A stretch of 64,000 bases of DNA from a virus, in the IMG/VR virus record IMGVR_UViG_3300045988_104912, positions 1 through 64,000 of that record; one strand, written 5' to 3'. Position numbers and translations under genes: made by a program. Shown in pieces: positions 6,007 through 15,400 of this stretch. The notes under the pieces are model-generated. The model had not been told where the DNA came from. It ran no database searches and saw only the letters and a list, made by a program, of their open reading frames with translations. Position 1 is the first letter of the stretch. Each line of letters opens with the position of its first letter.

Positions 6007-7472
6007 AGTGGGAAGAGTTATCGATGTCAGATAGATCTAATTTAATGAAAGCCTATCTACAGAATGGAGTGGTCCGGCTTAGTGATATGAGGGATCATTA
6101 TAACAAGTTCGTAAGTGGTGGTCCTTTAAGGAATGAATATGATAATCCAGAAAGTCCTGAGGAATATACTACTTTTCCTTATAAACCTACACTTCGTAGA
6201 GTAAATAGTTTTGATCGTGGAGGAGCTGTAGATCTTCCTGTGAGAGATTCTACGCAGCCTACAGTACGACCAATTTTTGCGGGTAATTTCCAAGTACAAG
6301 AACAGCCAGAGTATGCTGGTCCTATAGTAGGGGAAATTAGAGCAGACGAGCGGTCTAAAACTCAGAAATTTTTTGATAGAGTTAGGACTAACTATAATAC
6401 AAGTTCTTTTGGTAATAGTGCTGTTGCAGAAGTTTTATCAGCAACTACTCCTTATGGATTAGTTCATGAGTCTATGAGGGGTAATAATGATAGTGCTTTA
6501 TTAAGTGTAGTACCTTTTGGAGCTACTATTAAATCTGGTGCTAAAGTAGCTAAATCTGCTTATAAAGTGGGAAGAGCTGCCAGTAATAAGTTGCCCTCAC
6601 AAATAAATCAGGGTAAACTTAGAGCCAGTGATCTTAAGCAGCAACAAGATAGATTAGAATTATTTAGAGAATATTTGAATGATCCTGAGGTTAGGAAAAA
6701 AATCCCAGCGTTTTATGAACCCAGAATTAATAGACTTGAAGAAGATATTAATAACATGCAGAAGGTCTATAATGATGGTTTAAATAGTTATTATGATATT
6801 GAGGATGCTCCTTATTTTCTCGGATATAACACTAAAATAGTTAATCCTCCTAATCCTAACTGGGCAGGATGGTATGACCCTAATGATGATTTAATAAGGC
6901 TCACCCCTTCCTCTATAGATAAGGGGAGGACTACTACATGGGCTCATGAGTATAATCATTTTCTGGATCATAATATAGTATCAAGCCAAGGTTACATGGA
7001 TATTTCTCCAGAAATACTGGAATACTTAAAATCTTTAATTGATCCATACAGATATTCTTCCAGAAAGGAGTATTTCATAAATACCCAATTAGGGCCATTA
7101 AGTAAGAATTTCTATAAACTTTCCAACACAAGTTTAGGCAAACAGTTTTCTAAGGTTGTTCCTAAAAAACTTAAGGACTTGTCACGTAAAACCTATAAAC
7201 GGTTTTATAGGAATTCTGCTGCTAATATTAATGACTTTTCTTATCGGACCTCCCCACTTGAGGCCAGGGAATATATGAGCGAAAGAGCACAAACTCTATG
7301 GCAATTAAATAAGGAAAGAGGGGAGAATTATCTTATTCTATCTGAAAATGAGCCACTTCTTAGAGAAAATCCTGGTATTAGTGCATTATTGGATGGCATT
7401 CCAAAAAGGAACCGTAAAGCCTTTTTAAAGAATTTTGAAGAGAAAGGTTTTTCATATGGGGGTTACCTATAG
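6003..7472 (+). CDS. putative zinc metallopeptidase-like protein (489 aa, HExxH)
   Basis: 'TTWAHEYNHFLDH' (HEYNH at 6945-6959). Long clean ORF. Confidence 0.8.
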   Translation: MKWEELSMSDRSNLMKAYLQNGVVRLSDMRDHYNKFVSGGPLRNEYDNPESPEEYTTFPYKPTLRRVNSFDRGGAVDLPVRDSTQPTVRPIFAGNFQVQEQPEYAGPIVGEIRADERSKTQKFFDRVRTNYNTSSFGNSAVAEVLSATTPYGLVHESMRGNNDSALLSVVPFGATIKSGAKVAKSAYKVGRAASNKLPSQINQGKLRASDLKQQQDRLELFREYLNDPEVRKKIPAFYEPRINRLEEDINNMQKVYNDGLNSYYDIEDAPYFLGYNTKIVNPPNPNWAGWYDPNDDLIRLTPSSIDKGRTTTWAHEYNHFLDHNIVSSQGYMDISPEILEYLKSLIDPYRYSSRKEYFINTQLGPLSKNFYKLSNTSLGKQFSKVVPKKLKDLSRKTYKRFYRNSAANINDFSYRTSPLEAREYMSERAQTLWQLNKERGENYLILSENEPLLRENPGISALLDGIPKRNRKAFLKNFEEKGFSYGGYL

Positions 7473-7523
7473 ATGCTTAATTAGAAATAATTTTAGTGAT
7501 CTTGCAAAATAATTGGTAAAAAA

Positions 7524-7555
7524 TTTGGAAATGTCAAATATTTTACTTATCTTTG
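7524..7555 (+). promoter_or_regulatory. Bacteroidetes-type promoter (-33 TTTG, -7 TATCTTTG)
   Basis: TTTG at 7524-27, then 20 nt, then TATCTTTG at 7548-55, which matches TAnnTTTG. The 15-mer TTACTTATCTTTGTA is repeated at 15820-34. Confidence 0.5.
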
Positions 7556-7760
7556 TATAACATTTAAAACTTAAAGATATGGCTTGTAAAAAGAAGGGTA
7601 AAGGTAAAGTTAAGAAATAGGGTGAGGTGGGCTGAGCCTACTGAGCGATTGTCATAAACACTTTTTCATCATGTCAAATGCAGCAGGTTCTCTGCTGGCA
7701 CGGGTTAGGGGTACCCTTGGTAATGTAAAGTTCTTTACAAAGTCCATAAAACTCCTTCTT

Positions 7761-7833
7761 TGGGAGATGGCTGACTGGTCTAGGCACTTGACTGTTAATC
7801 AAGGTTACGCAGGTTCGAACCCTGTTCTCCCAG
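7761..7833 (+). tRNA. tRNA-Asn (anticodon GTT)
   Basis: Folds as TGGGAGA-TG-GCTG-ACTGGTCT-AGGC-A-CTTGA-CTGTTAA-TCAAG-GTTAC-GCAGG-TTCGAAC-CCTGT-TCTCCCA-G. Complete cloverleaf, folded by hand. Confidence 0.9.
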
Positions 7834-7851
7834 CTAATTAATTTTAACTTT

Positions 7852-8034
7852 ATGAGCAAGAAAACTTGGATTAAAATTGGGATTGGCACAGCTGTTGTTT
7901 TAGCTGTTGCCGCAATGATTAAAATTGTCCCTTTTTATGGGACATTGTTGAGTCTGTGCAGTTATGCTGCAGGTATCGCTTCCTACTGGGCTATTGATAA
8001 GTTTGGCAAGGAAGTAGTAAATAAGGAGAAATAA
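7852..8034 (+). CDS. small membrane protein (60 aa)
   Basis: Two hydrophobic segments ('IGIGTAVVLAVAAMI', 'LLSLCSYAAGIASYWAI'). Confidence 0.5.
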   Translation: MSKKTWIKIGIGTAVVLAVAAMIKIVPFYGTLLSLCSYAAGIASYWAIDKFGKEVVNKEK

Positions 8035-8047
8035 TCAATAATTAATT

Positions 8048-8440
8048 ATGGAAGCAAGAAGAAAGTATTACACCTTTGGCGAAGCCTTGGGTAAAATTCT
8101 GGAGGATCCCGACAATCTAGTCATGACAAAGTCCAAATATGCCTCAACCGGCAGTGTAATTATGGAAGTCCTACCTCGCGTAGATTGTGAGTATCCTAAG
8201 CAGCCTATGCTAATGCTGGTGACTCCCATTGGAGTAGTAGAATATACTCCCTCACAAGAGGATATTCACAGTATGCACTGGTTTATTCTTCATAGAGAAT
8301 GCCCTGATAAGGGAAAGGATGAGAAGATTCCTGAAGATTTAACAGAAGATGAATTTAGTCCTGCTAATCAAAAAGCCTTAGTTAAGGAACTGGCAGACGC
8401 TGTTACTGAAATGAATAAACTTATTAGTAAGCTTCTTTAA
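8048..8440 (+). CDS. DUF2829-like protein (130 aa; Tad2-type fold candidate)
   Basis: N-terminal 'YTFGEALGKI' and distal 'YTPSQEDIHSMHWFIL' match the FGEAL...(W/Y).(A/P)SQ.D(L/I)...(D/H)W.I pattern of DUF2829. The gene ends 1 nt before the GroEL-like gene. Confidence 0.5.
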   Translation: MEARRKYYTFGEALGKILEDPDNLVMTKSKYASTGSVIMEVLPRVDCEYPKQPMLMLVTPIGVVEYTPSQEDIHSMHWFILHRECPDKGKDEKIPEDLTEDEFSPANQKALVKELADAVTEMNKLISKLL

Positions 8441-8441
8441 T

Positions 8442-9956
8442 ATGAAGAGTAAGGATATAGTATTTGGTTTAGATGCCCTTTCTGAGGTTAAGAAAGGAGT
8501 TGACCTTTTAGCAGATGCTGTAAAGGTTACCTTCGGACCTAAAGGTAATACAGTAGTTATATATGAGGATAACTATCCAAAGGTTACGAAAGACGGTGTC
8601 ACTGTAGCCAGAGCTATAAATTCTTCAGAGCCACTATATGATGTAGGTGTACAGCTTGTCAAAGAAGCTGCTGCTAAGACAGCAGATATGGCAGGAGATG
8701 GAACTACAACATCAACTATCATCGCTCAAGCTTTAATCAATCTCATCTATCAGCAACTTGTCGCAGGTGCAGATCCTAAAGCTATAAGAGCGGAGTTAGA
8801 GAAATCCAATGAGGTTGCTAGGGAGGTTATTAAATCCCTAGCCACCAAAGTTGGGGATACTCCGGATAGCATCAAGCATATAGCTACTATTTCCGCTAAT
8901 GGGGATGAATTTATAGGTACGCTAATTGCAGATGTTATATCAAAGATAGGATATGATGGTGTTATTACTCTAGAAGAGTCTAATGGCTTTGATACATATG
9001 CCGAAACAGTAGAAGGGATGCAGATTAATAAGGGATATATCTCCCCTTATTTTATCAATGACCCTACTAATAGAGCAGTAGTATTAAATAATCCTAGAGT
9101 ACTAATTTATAATGGTATTCTAAATAATGTTAAGGATCTATTCTCAATCCTTGAATATATAGTACAAGATAATGAAGAAATCCTACTTATAGCTAATGAT
9201 TACTCACCTGAAGTAATTAATGCTATAGTTAGGAATGTCCAAAGAGGATTGCTTAAAATAGCAGCGATTCGAGCACCTGGTGTAGGTGAATATAAGAAAG
9301 ATCTTTTAGAAGATATTTCAATAATTACAGGATCTCCAGTATACGATAAACTGCCTATTATATCTTTAAAGGGATATCCATCATCAACAGATGATATTAA
9401 GTTAGGTACAGTTAAAAAAGTTGTAGTAACCTCAGACAATACTACTATTATTGGTTCAACCGAAGCTAATGAATCAATTAAAGCAAGAGTAGAGATGCTT
9501 AAGGAGTCATTAAAAAACGATTATCCTAAATATCTTATAGATGATATTAAATCTCGAATTGCTAAATTATCTGGTGGAGTAGCTGTTATTTATGTAGGAG
9601 CACCTACAGAAATTGAAATGTCTGAGAAGAAAGATAGGATTGAGGATGCAGTATGTGCTACTAGAGCTGCTATCGAAGAAGGAGTAGTTGTAGGAGCAGG
9701 TATTATACAGGAAGACATCTCCAAGACTTTAGAGAAGAAGGGATATCATATTTTAGCTAAAGCTCTCATGGCATGTAGAAAGCTTATTCTTGATACTATG
9801 CCTATCTATTATGAAGATGCTTTAGAGTCTAATATTTTAGACCCTGCTAAAGTAACAAGAGTCTCTATAGAGAATGCACTTTCTGTAGCATATATGTTCT
9901 TATCTACTAAATGTGTAATAATTAACGAGAATGAAGCATCTAACAGCTTATATTGA
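8442..9956 (+). CDS. groEL: GroEL/Cpn60-family chaperonin homologue (504 aa)
   Basis: The N-terminal 100 aa align by eye to E. coli GroEL ('LADAVKVTFGPKG', 'VTKDGVTVAR', 'AGDGTTTSTIIAQAL'). GDGTTT lies at 8694-8711. The protein is shorter than bacterial GroEL and lacks a GGM tail. Confidence 0.92.
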   Translation: MKSKDIVFGLDALSEVKKGVDLLADAVKVTFGPKGNTVVIYEDNYPKVTKDGVTVARAINSSEPLYDVGVQLVKEAAAKTADMAGDGTTTSTIIAQALINLIYQQLVAGADPKAIRAELEKSNEVAREVIKSLATKVGDTPDSIKHIATISANGDEFIGTLIADVISKIGYDGVITLEESNGFDTYAETVEGMQINKGYISPYFINDPTNRAVVLNNPRVLIYNGILNNVKDLFSILEYIVQDNEEILLIANDYSPEVINAIVRNVQRGLLKIAAIRAPGVGEYKKDLLEDISIITGSPVYDKLPIISLKGYPSSTDDIKLGTVKKVVVTSDNTTIIGSTEANESIKARVEMLKESLKNDYPKYLIDDIKSRIAKLSGGVAVIYVGAPTEIEMSEKKDRIEDAVCATRAAIEEGVVVGAGIIQEDISKTLEKKGYHILAKALMACRKLILDTMPIYYEDALESNILDPAKVTRVSIENALSVAYMFLSTKCVIINENEASNSLY

Positions 9957-10209
9957 GGCGTTTAATGAAGCTTATACTCCTCCCTATAAGTTAATATTAT
10001 GGGGTCCATTCTCAGCTGAAAATAATAAAATATCTATTGGTCTAGAACTTCAACTCTTATATGATAAAGGATTTCAGACACTTTTTATAGTAAGTGATGA
10101 ATCTGAGGATATGACAGAGAAGAATATTAGTTCTACTGAATTAAGAATTATTGATGCTTTTAGAAAAATAGATTTTAATCAATATCTTAAACAATGGAAG
10201 GAGAATTAA
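9931..10209 (+). CDS. hypothetical protein (92 aa)
   Basis: ORF track. Its ATG overlaps the GroEL-like 3' end. Confidence 0.5.
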   Translation: MKHLTAYIEAFNEAYTPPYKLILWGPFSAENNKISIGLELQLLYDKGFQTLFIVSDESEDMTEKNISSTELRIIDAFRKIDFNQYLKQWKEN

Positions 10210-10451
10210 TTAAGCCTAAATGTCCTCCTCTACAGTCTCCTTCCGATTTTGAGAAGGTTAAGTGGAGTAAAGAGGACTATAATAGAGAGCCTGTATTCTA
10301 CTGTAAAAAGTGCCTTAGTTTAGCAATTATGGCCTATAATGAATCAGGCATCTCTGAATACTGTAATGATTGTGGTAGTACAGATATATCTACAACATCT
10401 ATTAATGAATGGAATGCTCTCTATAGAGCTAAATATGGTAAAAATTTTTAA
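10194..10451 (+). CDS. zinc-ribbon protein (85 aa)
   Basis: CxxC pairs 'CKKC' and 'CNDC', about 25 aa apart. Confidence 0.55.
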   Translation: MEGELIKPKCPPLQSPSDFEKVKWSKEDYNREPVFYCKKCLSLAIMAYNESGISEYCNDCGSTDISTTSINEWNALYRAKYGKNF

Positions 10452-10453
10452 TT

Positions 10454-10777
10454 ATGGGAAAGAACATGGAAGCAAAACAGCAGGAAAAGCTCACTTATGA
10501 TCAAGTTAAGGACATTGCAAATAATCTTCAGACACAGCTACAAACTCTTCAGAAGGAGTATAATCGCCTTATGGTAGAGTATAACAGAGCTATGGAAGTT
10601 GTTATGGGTAAGCGAATAGATAGTTTGTTTAGTGTACTTAAGTATAGGGAGCTCTTTAATGAAGATTTCGTAAGTGATGCTATTAACAGCATTGAGGATA
10701 TGCTTACTATTAAAGAAGCTGAACCTGAGAATTACTCAGACGAGCCTTGCTGTGATGACCAGAAGAAAGTAGAGTAA
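10454..10777 (+). CDS. coiled-coil protein (107 aa)
   Basis: Heptad-like 'LQTQLQTLQKEYNRLMVEYNRAMEV'. Acidic tail. Confidence 0.55.
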   Translation: MGKNMEAKQQEKLTYDQVKDIANNLQTQLQTLQKEYNRLMVEYNRAMEVVMGKRIDSLFSVLKYRELFNEDFVSDAINSIEDMLTIKEAEPENYSDEPCCDDQKKVE

Positions 10778-11190
10778 TGAGTAAGAGAGATATGACTAAG
10801 AATACTGACATTGTATCTATTTCTACTAATTTAAAACCTACTAATCTTAATTTTTTTAAATTATGGTTAGAGTTTCTAAAACCTTTACATAGATTACCTG
10901 GTAGAGAACTTACAGTGTTAGCAGCATTATTACAACGTAGATTTGAGTTATCTAGAACGATTACAGATGATGATATACTGGATAAAGTTTTATTTACTGA
11001 TGAGATTAAAAAAGGTATTGTAGGAAGCTTAGGCATATCTCCGGGAAACTTTCAGTCAGTATTAACAAATCTACGAAAAGCAGGAGTTATTACTAATAAT
11101 ACAATTAGTAAAAGATACATTCCCTCTTTAGAATATGAAGAGGACTCTTATAGGCTATTACTAAATTTTAGGATTAATTATGATAAATAA
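10777..11190 (+). CDS. putative winged-helix DNA-binding protein (137 aa)
   Basis: 'ISPGNFQSVLTNLRKAGVI' resembles a wHTH recognition helix plus wing. TAATG-coupled. Confidence 0.45.
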   Translation: MSKRDMTKNTDIVSISTNLKPTNLNFFKLWLEFLKPLHRLPGRELTVLAALLQRRFELSRTITDDDILDKVLFTDEIKKGIVGSLGISPGNFQSVLTNLRKAGVITNNTISKRYIPSLEYEEDSYRLLLNFRINYDK

Positions 11191-11503
11191 TAAGACTCTT
11201 CAAGATATAATTTTGGCTGCTGCTAAGAAATTAGATATGCCAGATGACGTAGTAGAAATAGCTTATAGAGAATATTGGAATTGGGTTAAGGATACATTAG
11301 AAAATATTCCTGTAAATGAGGAAATGACAGAAGAAGAGTTTACAAAGATGCAGACTAGCATTAATGTTCCTAGCTTAGGCAAGTTTTATGCGACATATTC
11401 CCGAGCTCAATTCCTTAATAAGAGATTTAAAGAATATGCAGAGAAAGCAGTTCAAGATAAAGAAGGTGATGCCTCCGTTCACGAAGATGCTAGTGACGTC
11501 TAA
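11180..11503 (+). CDS. hypothetical protein (107 aa)
   Basis: ORF track. Acidic C-terminus. Confidence 0.5.
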   Translation: MINNKTLQDIILAAAKKLDMPDDVVEIAYREYWNWVKDTLENIPVNEEMTEEEFTKMQTSINVPSLGKFYATYSRAQFLNKRFKEYAEKAVQDKEGDASVHEDASDV

Positions 11504-11867
11504 TACTTACACGGAGGAAGAATGTGTTAGTGAGTCAGGTTTGATTGAGAAAGATTCTGTAGGTATGCTTAAGGACATACAAGAAGTTATCGCAGTTGGC
11601 CCTGGAGTACGAGAGTATAAACCTGGGGATTTAGTTCAAATTGACTTCTCAAAGTATGCAAGGAAGCGATACACTAAAGATGATACTAAAGCAGACCTGC
11701 CTGATGAATACTATAATGCAACTTTAGATTTCGAAATTCCTATGTTTGAAGTTGATAATAAGGTTGCATTACTTGTAGACAGTGCAAATATCTTCTTTAG
11801 AATAGATGAATTTGAGTGGGAAGTAACAGAAGTTACTCCTCCGAAGGCTAAGAAACTAGTATGTTAA
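11487..11867 (+). CDS. groES: GroES/Cpn10-like co-chaperonin candidate (126 aa from ATG 11487; the track start at 11388 overlaps the upstream gene)
   Basis: 'SGLIEKDSVGMLKDIQEVIAVGPGV', 'YKPGDLVQIDFSKY' and 'NKVALLVDSANIFFRI' follow the GroES pattern GGI...GEV.AVG.G / V.VGD.V.F..Y / ..L...E.DI.A.I. Followed by a strong terminator. Confidence 0.55.
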   Translation: MLVTSNTYTEEECVSESGLIEKDSVGMLKDIQEVIAVGPGVREYKPGDLVQIDFSKYARKRYTKDDTKADLPDEYYNATLDFEIPMFEVDNKVALLVDSANIFFRIDEFEWEVTEVTPPKAKKLVC

Positions 11868-11873
11868 TTTAAC

Positions 11874-11902
11874 GCTCCCTATCACAAGTAGGGAGCTTTT
11901 TT
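11874..11902 (+). terminator. intrinsic terminator
   Basis: GCTCCCTA-tcacaag-TAGGGAGC forms a perfect 8-bp stem. It is followed by TTTTTT. Confidence 0.8.
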
Positions 11903-11905
11903 GAT

Positions 11906-12478
11906 ATGAAGCTATTTACATATAAGGACTATAATTTAAAGATTTCTGAAGAGGCTTATGCTCTAAGGCCATTTAAGAAACTTGTAGATAGGGATAGAAC
12001 TAAGGATAAAACAAAGGCTATGAAAGAGTTAGCCTACTTGTATTTTATGTACGATCCAAGGTCAGATTTTTCCTTCGAAATTATAGAGGCAGACAGAGAT
12101 TTACGTGTTAAAGATAGTATAGGATTAGATGCTGATTGGAAGCCAGATAAGCAGGTTTTAGAAGCTATAGAACTTTATAAATACCTAACTACAACATCTT
12201 CTTCTTTACTATTACAAGATACAAGAGTTATTATTGATAATATTCGTAATACTTTTAGATCTATAGATTTAACAGAGAAAGACGCTAATGGTAAACTAGT
12301 GTTTAATATAGGTCAAGTTATGACCGCAGTAAAACAAGTCCCTAGTCTTGTTAAGGAACTTACGGATGCTGAAAAAGCTGTATCTAAAGAAATTGAAGAT
12401 ATGGGTACTATGAGAGGTATGAAGCAAAAGGCAATCCTTGAAGATGGGATGAAATCATTCTTAGGAGGAGGTGATTAA
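11906..12478 (+). CDS. hypothetical protein (190 aa), possible small terminase subunit by position
   Basis: Immediately upstream of TerL and TAATG-coupled to it. No motif recognised. Confidence 0.5.
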   Translation: MKLFTYKDYNLKISEEAYALRPFKKLVDRDRTKDKTKAMKELAYLYFMYDPRSDFSFEIIEADRDLRVKDSIGLDADWKPDKQVLEAIELYKYLTTTSSSLLLQDTRVIIDNIRNTFRSIDLTEKDANGKLVFNIGQVMTAVKQVPSLVKELTDAEKAVSKEIEDMGTMRGMKQKAILEDGMKSFLGGGD

Positions 12479-15400
12479 TGGTACTTATAGATACTAATAA
12501 ACATCAGACACCTATTACAGAAGAACTTAGAGATTCTTTATCTACAGAAGTATGGAATGATTTCTTAGAAATTATCACTAATGTAGAATTTATTAAGAAT
12601 CTTATCTCGCCAGATCGCCAACGAGCTAAAGATAGACCCCGTGACTCTTTTGGCAGGATTATAGTAGATATTTGTAAGCCACATATATTAGAGAATATGG
12701 ACTACTTTAGGCCAGCTGCTATACACTATCAAAAATATGGTTGTTATACTAAGCTTCGTCCTGATGCAAATCCTAAATCAGAGTTTGGTATGTGGCTAAC
12801 ACGAGAAGTTCGTAGGTGCTTAGATGGTATGGTCAGACCTGAAGATGGGGAATGGATTCCTGGAGATTTTTATTTCTACTTAAATTATTTGCCTATTATT
12901 CAGACTAAGATACGTAAAGGTACTCGCATAGGTGATCGTGTTGTAGACTTTCCTGAATGCTGGGAAGGTGTTTATCTTAGGGCTCACTATCAATATCAAG
13001 CTCGTAATGGTGGTTTATATGATGATTTTGTAGGGGGAAAGCATTCTGTTGAGATTGCTTCTCGTGGTAAATCAAAGTCATACTATGCAGCTGCCATCCT
13101 ATGTAAATTCTTCCTCTTAGGAGAGAATTCTATTTCTTATGATAAGGTTAAATGTCTTGTAACAGCATATCAGAAGGAGTATCTTATTAAGGACGGTACT
13201 CTTAACAAATTTATTGATGGTATAGATTTCTGTGCTAAAAATACTCAATTTCCTCGTGCTAGACTTAAGAATTCTCTTTCAGAGATGCAGTGGATTTCAG
13301 GGTATATCGATAAGGATTCAATGATTCCTAGGGGTTCTCAAAATGAAGTATTAGGGGTAGCTGTTAAAGATGATCCTGACAAGATTCGTGGTAAACGTTC
13401 AAATAGAATGCTTTATGAAGAGTTTGGTACTTTCCCGAAATTTCTAGATGTATGGCAGACGGCTTTACCTAATGTTCAGGAGAATGCAGCTGCTGCTTTT
13501 GGGCAAGCAATAGCCTTTGGTACAGGAGGTTCTGAGGGTTCAGATTTTATGGGAGCTCTTGAGATGATTAATTATCCGGATGGTTATTCAGTATATTCTC
13601 TACCAAATGTTTTTGATAAAGGAGCTGTAGGAGCTAGGCGAACAATATTCTTCTTTCCTAGTTATCTTAATTCTAAAGGTTTTTACAATGAAGATGGTGT
13701 ATCTGATGTTGTAGGAGCTATTTTAGAAGAGATTAAACATCGTGTAATCCTAAAATATAACTCATCTGATCCTATTCAGCTCACACGTCGTAAAGCTGAG
13801 TATGCATTTACTATCACAGATGCTATTATGCGTAGGGATAGTAATATCTTTCCTTCTGATAAATTAAATGACCGTATTCTAGAATTAGATCAGAATCCTA
13901 AGAGTTTAGACGATATGTGGGTTGGAAGACTTGTTCAGACTAAAGAAGGGAAAGTTGAATTTACTCCAGATGCGGATGTAAAGCCTATTTTAGATTATCC
14001 TCATAAAGATAATAAGCTTGAAGGAGCTGTACATATTAATAAGATGCCCATTAAAGGTCCTGATGGCAAGGTACCTTGGGGACGTTATATAGCAGGTGCT
14101 GACCCTTATGATGATGATGTATCTGACACTATGTCTCTTGGATCAATCTATGTACTAGATTTATTTACTGATGAGCTAGTTTGTGAATATGTAGGTAGAC
14201 CTATGTTTGCAGAGGATTATTATGAAACCTGTAGACGTATTTGTTTATTCTATAATGCTGAATTACTCTATGAGAATAATAAGAAGGGTTTATTTACGTA
14301 TTTTTCTAAAACAAACTGTCTGTATTTGCTATCTGACATTCCTGAGTTTTTAAAAGATAAAGAGATTGTTAAGGGAAATTTCTTTGGTAATAAGGCTCAC
14401 CCATATTCACAGTTAGTATATACTCCAGAGGGACCTAAACTATGGGGAGATATAAAAATAGGAGATAAGTTGTTTAATACTTATGGTGGTATTACTACAG
14501 TGATAGATATTCCATATAATGATAAAACTGATATATACGAAATATATTTACGGGATGGTAGAAAAGTAAAAGCTTCTGCTAATCATTTATGGAATGTTAT
14601 TACTAATGGAAAGACCTACAAAACTATTTCCACTAAAGAAATGAGTCTTTCCTTAACCAGAGATAAAGGAAAATATAAGGAAGCTAAATATTATGTAATA
14701 GGTAATTTAGGTGCTAATTTTAAGGAAGTTCCTTTAAAATTACCAGCTTATTTTATGGGTCTAATGTTAGGAGATGGGTGTTTTACAAGGTCTAGACATC
14801 ACCAAGCTAATTTTGCATCTTCTATATCAGATTTAGATACATATAAAAAATATGTTCCTTATTCTTGTAAAACAATAGATGATAGGCATCATTGGTGGCG
14901 TGTAAAAAATATCGGAAACATACTACAAGAGTTAGGTCTTTCTAAATGTAAATCTCGTACTAAGTTTATTCCAGATTGTTATAAATTCAATTCAATAGAA
15001 AATAGACTAGAACTTCTTAGAGGTCTTCTAGATACAGATGGGTGCATAGGTTATGGAGGAAACCCGGAATATACAACAACTTCAGAGCAGTTAGCACTAG
15101 ATGTTGAATTTGTAGCTAGGAGTTGCGGTATTAATTGTAACATACAAAAATCAACAAATGCGTTTGGACTAGTTTATAAAGTAATTTTTTATACAGATAT
15201 TCCAATGTTTCATTTAGAAAGGAAGTATACTAAGCAAAAACTTACTAAAACTAGAGCTTTTAAGACAGCTATAGTAGATATTAAACTAATTGGGCAAGAG
15301 CTAGCTAAATGTGTTACCGTTGATTCAAAAGATGGATGCTATTTAATTGGAGATTTTGTAACTACACATAACAGTAAAGGAGTTAATGCTACACAACCAG

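Noticed and set aside
7621-7760. Possible additional tRNA (GGTGAGG-TG-GCT...AGC start)
   Set aside because: No complementary 3' acceptor strand (CCTCACC) and no T-loop could be found, so no cloverleaf can be completed.
7674-7889. 71-aa minus-strand ORF
   Set aside because: It covers the whole plus-strand tRNA-Asn and the start of ORF 7852, so it is an artefact.
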